Position numbers and translations under genes: made by a program
From: a virus
Lineage: Duplodnaviria > Caudoviricetes
Reading direction: 5' to 3' (one strand)
DNA length: 25,487 nucleotides
Virus record (IMG/VR): IMGVR_UViG_3300037422_000391
Coordinates: 1 to 25,487 of that record
Notes under the pieces: model-generated
Seen by the model: only the letters and a program-made list of their open reading frames with translations
Database searches by the model: none
What the model was told of the DNA's origin: nothing
Shown: positions 1 through 7,626 of the stretch, in pieces
Layout of the letters: each line of letters begins with the position of its first letter
Numbering within the stretch: the stretch's first letter is position 1

Positions 1-152
1 AGAAAAGGGCCAAGGTCGTCACTACACGCCGCCGCGCGCCGTTCTCCTCACCCAACCCCTTGATCCACCAGCACCGCCGCGGCAAATCGACTCGGGATTT
101 TGGCGCCCAACTGCGCAAGTTGGGCTAACTCCGGACACGGGAGATCACTTCC

Positions 153-659
153 ATGTACATGGTCGGAATGCGCCCTGGCGAGGTCTACAGCGAGACCAGG
201 GCAAAGCGCGGTGCATGCCCCAACCCGGGCACGCGCTTCGTGGACTCGCAAGGCCGCGAGTTCATCATGGTCAAGGTCGGCGCCTCGCAGAACCTGACCA
301 ACGGCATGGCGGTCTGCATCCAGGCTGGCGACTTCCTGACGACCGTGGGCACCGTGCCCGGTGCCGGCGTGCCCAACATCGGCATGGTCGGCATCGTGCA
401 GTGCTCGATTACGGCCAGCACTTCACACCTGGTGTGGGCTCAGGTCTACGGGCTCTGCCAGAACGCCATCTTCGCTGCTTCGGCCTCTGCGCTCCCGGGT
501 GCAGCGGTGAAGTTCGCCGCGGACGGCAAGCTGACGGCGGTCGGTGTCACCACGGCGTCGGCCTACATCGCCGGCATCAACTGCGTCGCCACCAACTCGG
601 TGATCGACTCTCCGGTTGGCCAGATCTTCCTCAACTACCCGAAGGCCATCGGCGGCTAA
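153..659 (+). CDS. Putative capsid decoration/cement protein (168 aa)
   Basis: RBS GGGAGA 8 nt upstream; small G/A/V/T-rich beta protein with GREFIMVK and WAQVYG motifs like those of decoration proteins that follow major capsid genes; first gene of the visible virion module. Confidence 0.6.
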   Translation: MYMVGMRPGEVYSETRAKRGACPNPGTRFVDSQGREFIMVKVGASQNLTNGMAVCIQAGDFLTTVGTVPGAGVPNIGMVGIVQCSITASTSHLVWAQVYGLCQNAIFAASASALPGAAVKFAADGKLTAVGVTTASAYIAGINCVATNSVIDSPVGQIFLNYPKAIGG

Positions 660-671
660 ACGCAATCGCTG

Positions 672-689
672 GGGCGGCTTCGGCCGCCC
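672..689 (+). terminator. GC-rich cUUCGg hairpin after the decoration gene (pause, stability or weak terminator)
   Basis: GGGCGGC-TTCG-GCCGCCC perfect 7-bp stem; no U-tract. Confidence 0.45.
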
Positions 690-708
690 TGGCCCCTTGG
701 GGGAAGGT

Positions 709-1530
709 ATGAATCGCAGCATCTACATCGGTTACGACGTGCGCGAAGCAGAGACCTTCGCCATCTGCCGGCACACCCTGCGTCGCTATGCGCCGGACAT
801 CCCAATCAACGCCATCAGCTTGGAGGACGTGCGCGACGCTGGTCTCTACTGGCGCCCCACCTCGCGTGATGAAAAGGGCCGCCTATTCGACGACATCTCG
901 GACGCGCCAATGTCCACCGAGTTCGCGATCTCGCGTTTCTTGACGCCCGTGCTCGCTAAAGCCGCCGGCCGGACCGGCTGGGCACTGTTCATGGACAGCG
1001 ACATCCTCGCCCGCGACGACGTCGACGACCTGTTCGCCGAGTGCGATTCCTCCAAGGCAGTGATGTGTGTGCAGCACAACCACGTGCCGCCCGAGGGTAT
1101 CAAGATGGACGGGCAGATTCAGACGCTCTACCGGCGCAAGAACTGGTCGAGCGTAGTCGCCTATAACCTCTCCCACCCGAGCAATCGCAAGCTCACCGTG
1201 AACCTCATCAACACGGTGCCCGGCCGCCACCTGCATGCCTTCTGCTGGCTGGACGACAGTGAGATCGGCGCGCTCGACCCGTGCTGGAACTACCTGGTCG
1301 GCTACACGAAGCTCACCGACGGCGAGCAGCCCAAGCTGGTGCACCACACCGAGGGCGGCCCTTGGCTCGAAAACTACAGGGATGTGGAGTTCGCCGACGA
1401 GTGGCGCGCTGCACGCGCCTCCTGGCTGAGGGAGGGGATGGACACTCGCCCGACGGCTCGCGTCAGCGCGCTGGCGCCGCGCCGCCTTAATGGCTCCCTC
1501 CTCAACGGCGCGTCGGAGGTTCGCATCTGA
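709..1530 (+). CDS. GT-A fold glycosyltransferase (GT8/CDI-like, 273 aa)
   Basis: ATG at 709 after GGGGGAAGG; motifs IYIGYD.RE, STEFAISRFL.P, GWALFMDSDIL (DxD), YRRKNWSSV, WNYLVG, HHTEGGPW. Confidence 0.85.
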   Translation: MNRSIYIGYDVREAETFAICRHTLRRYAPDIPINAISLEDVRDAGLYWRPTSRDEKGRLFDDISDAPMSTEFAISRFLTPVLAKAAGRTGWALFMDSDILARDDVDDLFAECDSSKAVMCVQHNHVPPEGIKMDGQIQTLYRRKNWSSVVAYNLSHPSNRKLTVNLINTVPGRHLHAFCWLDDSEIGALDPCWNYLVGYTKLTDGEQPKLVHHTEGGPWLENYRDVEFADEWRAARASWLREGMDTRPTARVSALAPRRLNGSLLNGASEVRI

Positions 1531-3218
1531 TGCCGTTGATCTCGAAAGAGTACCGCGAGATGAACCGGCAGCTGCACGCCGAGCACCCGACTTACGGCAT
1601 CTCCGCTGGCCACTTCCGGGATTTTGTGTACGGCCTGTGGAAGGTCGAGGGCTACAAGACCATTCTCGACTGGGGTTGCGGTAAGGGCGTTCTGAAGCAG
1701 CTGCTGCCGGACCTGCCGATCGCCGAATACGACCCGGCGATCGATGGCAAGGATGCCATCCCCCAGCCGGCCGAGCTGGTGGTGTGCTTCGACGTTTTGG
1801 AGCATGTCGAGCCCGAGTATCTCAACGCGGTGCTTCGCCATCTCCAGGGCCTGACCGGACAGAAGCTCGCTTTCAACATCGCGACCCGACCGGCCAACAA
1901 GACGCTGCCTGACGGCCGCAACGCGCACCTCTCGCTGCACGATGAAGCTTGGTGGCGGCGCAAGCTACTCGGCTACTTCCAGATCATTTCGTGGAACGCC
2001 CTGGAGGGCACGGTCTACGGCGAGGCCTTGCCGATCCGCGGCGCTGTGCTGCACGCGCACGGCCTGGCGACGCGAAAGCGCCGACCAGTCAGCCGCGACC
2101 TCGCCGCCATGTTCGAGGCGATGAAGGCCAACTCGGCCAGGTACGCCGACGAGGTCCACCGCATCAAGACGGTCGAGATGTGGGAGGGCAACGGCGACAA
2201 GCCTGCCGATGTCATCGCTGCGATCAACATCCTCGAGCATTGCGCCGACATCGATGCAGCCCTGCAGGATATGGCGCTGAAGGCCAGGCTCGGCGTGCTG
2301 GTGACGATGCCGGCTCCGAAGAACGAGGCCTTGTGGCGGAACATCTTCGAGCGCCGCCTGCGGATCGTCGACTGGATGATCCAGGACGGCGGCTTGGTCA
2401 TGTTCGGCAGCCCGATGGTGGGCGTGCAGGGCGTGAAGGCCATCGGCGCCGTCGACTCCGATGCGCGCTGGGAGCAGGTGAAGTGGTCGGTGGAGCGCTA
2501 CCCGAAGCGCATCGAGCCCGCACCCAGACACCACCGCACGGCAATCCTGTGCTGCTACGGACCGTCGTTGGTCGACATGGTTCAGTGTATCAAGGACGAG
2601 CACGCAAAGGGCAATGCCGACATCATCTCGGTGTCCGGCGCGCACGATTTCCTGCTGCAGAACGGGATCGTGCCCAAGTACCACGTCGAGTGCGACCCGC
2701 GCCCGCACAAGGCCCTCAACCTCGAGAAGCCGCACCCTGGGGTGACCTATCTCGTCGCCTCGACCTGCCACTCCGACTACTTCAAGCGGCTCGAGGGCGC
2801 CGATATCAGGCTGTGGCACGTCGCCACCGCCGAACACTCGATCCGCCTGGTAGATGAGCTCAGGCAGTCGAGCGAACACTGCGTCTCCGGCGGCGGCTCG
2901 GTCGGTTTGCGCTCGCTGCCCCTGCTCTACTGCATGGGGTACCGCGACTACGCGATCTTCGGGATGGACTCATCGTTCCGCGATGACGGCCATCAGCAGT
3001 GGGCCGGCAAGCATGCTGGCAAGAAGCATGACATCGTCGATGTCGACTGCGGCGGTCGGATCTTCAAGTCGAGCCCGATCCTGCTGACTTACGCGACCGG
3101 CTTCTTCGAGACGATCCAGAAGACGCACGATGCCCGGTACCGCGTCTACGGCGACAGCCTGTTGGCATCGATGTGCGTGCTTTACGCCGAGCTCCCCATA
3201 TCAGCCAAGGCAGCGTGA
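1530..3218 (+). CDS. Fusion of a class I SAM methyltransferase, a degenerate second MTase-like segment and a DUF115/MAF_flag10 (Maf/MptE-like) domain (562 aa)
   Basis: ILDWGCGKG and CFDVLEHV (MTase); repeat-like ADVIAAINILEHC; C-terminal CYGPSL...GIVPKYHVECDP...GGGSVG...MGYRDYAIFGMDSSF typical of DUF115/Maf; TGATG coupling to the upstream GT. Confidence 0.75.
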   Translation: MPLISKEYREMNRQLHAEHPTYGISAGHFRDFVYGLWKVEGYKTILDWGCGKGVLKQLLPDLPIAEYDPAIDGKDAIPQPAELVVCFDVLEHVEPEYLNAVLRHLQGLTGQKLAFNIATRPANKTLPDGRNAHLSLHDEAWWRRKLLGYFQIISWNALEGTVYGEALPIRGAVLHAHGLATRKRRPVSRDLAAMFEAMKANSARYADEVHRIKTVEMWEGNGDKPADVIAAINILEHCADIDAALQDMALKARLGVLVTMPAPKNEALWRNIFERRLRIVDWMIQDGGLVMFGSPMVGVQGVKAIGAVDSDARWEQVKWSVERYPKRIEPAPRHHRTAILCCYGPSLVDMVQCIKDEHAKGNADIISVSGAHDFLLQNGIVPKYHVECDPRPHKALNLEKPHPGVTYLVASTCHSDYFKRLEGADIRLWHVATAEHSIRLVDELRQSSEHCVSGGGSVGLRSLPLLYCMGYRDYAIFGMDSSFRDDGHQQWAGKHAGKKHDIVDVDCGGRIFKSSPILLTYATGFFETIQKTHDARYRVYGDSLLASMCVLYAELPISAKAA

Positions 3219-3220
3219 CC

Positions 3221-3460
3221 ATGTCCAGGAAGCGACCGCTCTGTGCTCGCATCGATATCAGCAAGACCGCAGGTCTGTCGGGCCTGAACATCGGGGAGGA
3301 GGCGACCGTCACCATCGTGGGGACGGTGAAGGCGCTCAACGCTCCGCGGGAGGACTACTACTTCGCGCCCGGCGGGTCGAAGAGCTCGATGATGCCGGGG
3401 TCGATCGAAATCGAGATCGACGAGATCAGGGTCTCCGGAAGCGATCCGGACGACGTGTGA
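3221..3460 (+). CDS. Small virion protein, possibly capsid staple-like (79 aa)
   Basis: ATG 2 nt after the upstream stop; pattern LNIGEEATVTIVGTVK...SIEIEIDEI resembles small beta-rich staple proteins. Confidence 0.4.
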   Translation: MSRKRPLCARIDISKTAGLSGLNIGEEATVTIVGTVKALNAPREDYYFAPGGSKSSMMPGSIEIEIDEIRVSGSDPDDV

Positions 3461-3488
3461 TTTCCAGCCTTTGGGGGAATTGCCGTGA

Positions 3489-3725
3489 ATGAGCATGACG
3501 CCGCGCGCATCGCCCGACAGCTGGGCACTCAGCGTCGAGCACAGGCTAACGGTTCTGGAGCAGGATTCCATCCATACGAGGGAGCTCACCACGAAGATGG
3601 ACAAGCGGCTGACCCTGCAGGAGCGGGGGCTGCTCCTCGTCATCGTGGTGCTCAACGTGCTGGCGCACGAAAAGCTGCCCTGGCTCGCCAAAATGCTCGC
3701 AGGGCTGCTGAAGGCACCGCTGTGA
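3489..3725 (+). CDS. Small coiled-coil plus C-terminal TM protein (XhlA/holin-like, 78 aa)
   Basis: VEHRLTVLEQ heptads followed by hydrophobic GLLLVIVVLNVLA; GGGGGA upstream. Confidence 0.55.
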   Translation: MSMTPRASPDSWALSVEHRLTVLEQDSIHTRELTTKMDKRLTLQERGLLLVIVVLNVLAHEKLPWLAKMLAGLLKAPL

Positions 3726-3814
3726 GCACGATCCTCTGGACCGCCGTCTACGTCTCGCTCGGTGTCGTCGCCCTGCGCCTCGGCTGGCTGGTTGCCCTCG
3801 AACTGATGAGCTGA
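3722..3814 (+). CDS. 30-aa hydrophobic peptide (MSTILWTAVYVSLGVVALRLGWLVALELMS)
   Basis: GTGA start/stop overlap with the upstream gene; fills the gap to the next RBS; GC3-rich codons. Confidence 0.5.
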   Translation: MSTILWTAVYVSLGVVALRLGWLVALELMS

Positions 3815-3826
3815 AAGGAGAACCGA

Positions 3827-4492
3827 ATGCTCGCGATTGCAGATGACTTCCCGATGAAGCTCGAGCGGGAAGCGGGCATGCCTGACCACGTACCGCCTGT
3901 CTCCGTCGGCTTCGGCCTGAGCGCCATCCTTGATGACGCCAAGACCGCGGAGGCCGGGCACGAGGTCTACAAGGACGTCGAGTTCATCAAGATCGCCATT
4001 CCTGGCGACCGCAACAGCCTGTTCTTCCAGCCGGCCACAGAGCAGCACAAGAAGCGCTTCCCGAGGGCATGGGCCGACTACAAGGCGCGCGATATCACCA
4101 AGCCGCGCGAGGGCTTGCCGATCGAGAACTGGGCGCCAATCAGCCGGGCCACAGCCCTCAACCTGAAGGCGGTCAACATCCACACGGTCGAGGATCTCGC
4201 CGTCGTGCACGACGGGCATGTCGCCTCCCTCGGCATCCAGGGGCGCGAGTTGCGCGCCAAGGCCCAGGCCTTCCTCGAACAGGCGCGCGACACCGCGGCC
4301 GCCACCAGGGCGGCCAAGGAGAAGCAGGAGCTGCAGGACCAGATCAAGGCCCTGCAGGCGCAGATTGCCGACCTGGCCGCGCGCGCGCCGGCTCCTCCGG
4401 CGGTTACTGCCGCCCCACTGCCGGACGTCACCGCAGACGTCGAGGATGACGTCGCTCGCGCCGCTCGCCGCCCGCGCGCTGGCCGGGTGTGA
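3827..4492 (+). CDS. Phage protein of unknown function with C-terminal coiled coil (221 aa)
   Basis: Strong RBS AAAGGAG; motifs FIKIAIPGD, RFPRAWADYK, IHTVEDLA like those seen upstream of adaptor genes in this phage type. Confidence 0.75.
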   Translation: MLAIADDFPMKLEREAGMPDHVPPVSVGFGLSAILDDAKTAEAGHEVYKDVEFIKIAIPGDRNSLFFQPATEQHKKRFPRAWADYKARDITKPREGLPIENWAPISRATALNLKAVNIHTVEDLAVVHDGHVASLGIQGRELRAKAQAFLEQARDTAAATRAAKEKQELQDQIKALQAQIADLAARAPAPPAVTAAPLPDVTADVEDDVARAARRPRAGRV

Positions 4493-4510
4493 GGGTAGGC
4501 GGAGGCGGAC

Positions 4511-5212
4511 ATGGCCACCCTGCTGACCATCTGTCAGGACGCGGCATCGCAGCTCGGCCTGCGGCAGCCCTCGGCGGTGGTCGGCTCCAACGACCTGACG
4601 TCGCAGATCATGCTCCGCCTCGCCAACCAGGCCGGCAAAGAGCTCGCGCGCTATCACGATTGGAACGCGCTCACCGTTGAGCACACGTTCACGACGATCG
4701 CCGCCGTGGTGCAGACCAGCGGGTTGCCATCCGACTACGACCGGATGCTCTACAACCCCGAGATCTGGAACCGCACGCTTGCCCTGCGCTACGCCGGCCC
4801 GACCCCGCAGCGCGTCTGGCAGCGCCTGCAAATCGGGGTTGCGGCCGGTGTGGCCGGCTACTGGCGCCTCAAGGGCGGCGCGCTCAACATCCACCCGGCG
4901 CCGACGGCCGGCCAGACGGTCGCCTTCGAGTACATCACCAAGAATTGGTGCGAGAGCTCCGACGGAGACGGCCAGGCGCTGTTCATGGCCGACACCGATG
5001 TGCCCCTGATCCCCGAGGATCTCTTTGCCCTCGAGATCGTGTGGCGCTTCCGGGCGTCTCGCGGGTTCGCGGCTTACGCCGAGGACCTCAAGACCTGTGA
5101 GATCGAGAAGGAGAAGGCCGCCTCGCGTGATCGCGGCAGCGGCAAGATCCGCCCGAACAACAACGACCTCGGTGATCCTCCACCGCCGGTCTGGGACGGG
5201 ACGATCGGCTGA
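4511..5212 (+). CDS. Head-to-tail adaptor protein (233 aa)
   Basis: RBS GGAGG; MATLLTICQDAA..LGL...LAN.AG.EL...HDW, LPSDYDR, IHPAP motifs; position before the hub gene. Confidence 0.75.
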   Translation: MATLLTICQDAASQLGLRQPSAVVGSNDLTSQIMLRLANQAGKELARYHDWNALTVEHTFTTIAAVVQTSGLPSDYDRMLYNPEIWNRTLALRYAGPTPQRVWQRLQIGVAAGVAGYWRLKGGALNIHPAPTAGQTVAFEYITKNWCESSDGDGQALFMADTDVPLIPEDLFALEIVWRFRASRGFAAYAEDLKTCEIEKEKAASRDRGSGKIRPNNNDLGDPPPPVWDGTIG

Positions 5213-6831
5213 TGGCACGCCAAGCGCTCGCAGGAGTGTCGGCACGCAAAGGCGCGGACTACGTGGTCCGCGCCGTGCCCAACACTGCGCGCGGCATGTC
5301 GATCCCGGCGCCGGTGGGTGGCTGGGATGCGATCAGCCCGCTCGCGGCCATGCCCGAGACGAACGCGATCGTCCTCGACAACATGTTCCCGCAGCCGGGC
5401 TACATCGAGATCAGGAAGGGTCACAAGACTCACCACAAGTGCGGTGGCGCCGCAGTCGAGAGCCTGATGCCCTACCACGCGCCGGATCCGACCAACGACA
5501 AGCTGTTTGCAGCCTGCACCTCGGCGATCTCGGACGTCACGGTCTTCACCACGGTGTCAGCCTCGAGCACGGCTACGGCGGTGGTGAGCAGCCTGGCCAA
5601 CGCCCGCTGGCAGCACATCAACGTGGCGAACTCGGGCGGCAACTATTTGTGGATCTGCAACGGCGCCGACAAGCCGCGCTACTACGACGGCTCGGCCTGG
5701 GCCACGGTGGAGCTCGCCGGCGTGTCGTCAACGGGCCCGATCCAGGCGGCACTCTTCAAATCGAAGATCTGGATGACCATCGCCGGCCAGCTCAACGCGG
5801 CCTACCTGCCAACGAACGCGATCCAGGGAACTGCCGCGCCCTTCGATCTCACCGGCGTGTTCCGTAAGGGTGGCTACCTACAGGCCGTCGGCTCCTGGTC
5901 GCTCGACGGCGGCGCCGGCCCCGATGATCACATCGCGTTCCTCACCAGCAAGGGTGAGGTTGCGATCTATACCGGCACGGATCCAGCCAGCGATTTCAAG
6001 CTGCGGGGGCTTTACGAGATGGGTTCGCCGCTCGGCCGCCGTTGCCTGGTGAAGGTGGGCGCCGACTTGCTGGTCACCTGTCTCGACGGCTTGCTTCCCC
6101 TCTCCAAGGCGCTGGTGACGGACCGCGCCGCGGCCATCACGGCCTCGATCACGAAGATGATCCAGCCCGTGATGAACGCCAGCGCGCGCAGCTACGGCGC
6201 CAACTTCGGCTGGGAGGTGGTGCCCTACCCGAGGGGTACCCGCGCCATCCTCAACGTGCCGGTCACCGAGAACACCCTGCAGCACCAGTACGTCATGAAC
6301 ACGGTGACAGGTGCCTGGTGCCGCTTCACCGGAGAGAACGGCAACTGCTGGGGCCTATTCAAGGACCGCCTCTTCTACGGCGGCAACAACGGCCGTGTCT
6401 TCGAGGCGGATTGCCAGGGGTTCGATGAAGGCGCCGCCATCGCCGTCGATGTCGAGACGGCCTTCAACTACGCCAAGAGCCGGGGCACGCAGAAGCAGTG
6501 GACCATGGCCCGCACGCTTCTGACAACCGACGGCCAGGTGAACCTGGGCATGGCGCTGAACGTCGACTTCGCGCGCACCGCCGTCGTGCACGTGCCGAAT
6601 ACCGCTCAACCGGTCGTGGCCCAGTGGGACGTCGCCAACTGGGACGAGGGAACCTGGCCGGAGGTGCAGCGCATCGTTACCGACTGGGTGGCGGTGGAGG
6701 GTATCGGGTACTGCGCCTCGATCCACATGCAGGCGAACGTTCAAGCAGGCGAGTCGGTCGCGGAGGCACAGAGCCTCACCCTCCAGATCAATGGCTGGGA
6801 CACCCTTATGCTCGATGGAGCCTTCCTGTGA
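5212..6831 (+). CDS. Tail hub/nozzle (P22 gp10-like stabilisation protein, 539 aa)
   Basis: IPAPVGGW N-terminus, beta-propeller-like composition, WDVANWD C-terminal motif; follows the adaptor with TGATG coupling. Confidence 0.75.
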   Translation: MARQALAGVSARKGADYVVRAVPNTARGMSIPAPVGGWDAISPLAAMPETNAIVLDNMFPQPGYIEIRKGHKTHHKCGGAAVESLMPYHAPDPTNDKLFAACTSAISDVTVFTTVSASSTATAVVSSLANARWQHINVANSGGNYLWICNGADKPRYYDGSAWATVELAGVSSTGPIQAALFKSKIWMTIAGQLNAAYLPTNAIQGTAAPFDLTGVFRKGGYLQAVGSWSLDGGAGPDDHIAFLTSKGEVAIYTGTDPASDFKLRGLYEMGSPLGRRCLVKVGADLLVTCLDGLLPLSKALVTDRAAAITASITKMIQPVMNASARSYGANFGWEVVPYPRGTRAILNVPVTENTLQHQYVMNTVTGAWCRFTGENGNCWGLFKDRLFYGGNNGRVFEADCQGFDEGAAIAVDVETAFNYAKSRGTQKQWTMARTLLTTDGQVNLGMALNVDFARTAVVHVPNTAQPVVAQWDVANWDEGTWPEVQRIVTDWVAVEGIGYCASIHMQANVQAGESVAEAQSLTLQINGWDTLMLDGAFL

Positions 6832-6902
6832 TCACGTGCTTCACACCGCTCGGGTTGGTGCTGTTGATGGTCGTGGCGATGAGCTTTGCGGTGATGCTGT
6901 GA
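6828..6902 (+). CDS. 24-aa hydrophobic peptide (MITCFTPLGLVLLMVVAMSFAVML)
   Basis: GGAG 7 nt before GTG; GTGA overlaps at both ends. Confidence 0.45.
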   Translation: MITCFTPLGLVLLMVVAMSFAVML

Positions 6903-7105
6903 TCTGCATGATCTGCCTCAGGGACGGCCACCAGGCGTGCTCTTGCCCGAGCAGGGTCAAGGGTGAGCCGATCGCGACTCGGTCACCAGGGAGTGCCGTG
7001 GGCATGCTGGCGAGGCCGGGCGACCGTTGCCACGCGGCAGCTGAGCGCGCCGCTGTCGAGTTGCCGATTACGACAATAATCGGACATCCAAGAGTGACGA
7101 AATGA
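6899..7105 (+). CDS. 68-aa CCHC zinc-knuckle protein
   Basis: N-terminal CMICLRDGHQACSC is an exact C-x2-C-x4-H-x4-C; GTGA and ATGA overlaps with both neighbours. Confidence 0.55.
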   Translation: MICMICLRDGHQACSCPSRVKGEPIATRSPGSAVGMLARPGDRCHAAAERAAVELPITTIIGHPRVTK

Positions 7106-7608
7106 TAGTGCCGATGCGCACCGCCGAAGAGAAGCAGCTGCTGGCCCAGTACCTCGCCTTCAAGATGGGGTGCACGGCTCAGGAGCTCGTCGGCGCCGTG
7201 CCCTTCGAGATCGTGGCGGTGGCCAGGGATGGCTATCCGGTTGGTGCGGTCCTTTACATCAACTACCGCCAGGTCAGCATCGAGATGGCTTGTGCCGGCG
7301 AGCCTGGCTGGCTCACGCGCGCGAATCTGCGCGACCTGTTTCGCTACCCGTTCGTGCAGCTCGGTTGCTACACGGTGATCACCACCGTCAAGCGCTCGAA
7401 CACGGTAGCACGCAAGTTCAATGAGAAACTCGGCTTCACCACCCTGGGCGTGATCGAAAGCGGACTGGGTAGGGGCGAAGACATCATCGTGAACACGATG
7501 ACCAGGCCACAGTGCAAGTGGCTAACCCCTGCTGACTATGCCGCCGTCGCTGCACGCGTTGTCCGTTCCGCCGCAGCTGCTGGAGAGCATGGTCGAGCAT
7601 CCCTCTAG
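7102..7608 (+). CDS. GNAT-family acetyltransferase-like protein (P22 gp14/DUF2824-like, 168 aa)
   Basis: LFRYPFVQLGC...N..ARKFNEKLGF..G GNAT motif; typical position between hub and ejection genes. Confidence 0.75.
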   Translation: MIVPMRTAEEKQLLAQYLAFKMGCTAQELVGAVPFEIVAVARDGYPVGAVLYINYRQVSIEMACAGEPGWLTRANLRDLFRYPFVQLGCYTVITTVKRSNTVARKFNEKLGFTTLGVIESGLGRGEDIIVNTMTRPQCKWLTPADYAAVAARVVRSAAAAGEHGRASL

Positions 7609-7626
7609 CAGAGGAGTGCCCTGACA

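Noticed and set aside
1-128. Possible 3' end of a basic ORF (stop at 126-128) and a hairpin at 105-125
   Set aside because: Too little sequence to assign; does not look like a capsid C-terminus.
3182-5245. 687-aa minus-strand ORF
   Set aside because: Antisense shadow of well-supported plus-strand genes in high-GC DNA; no motifs.
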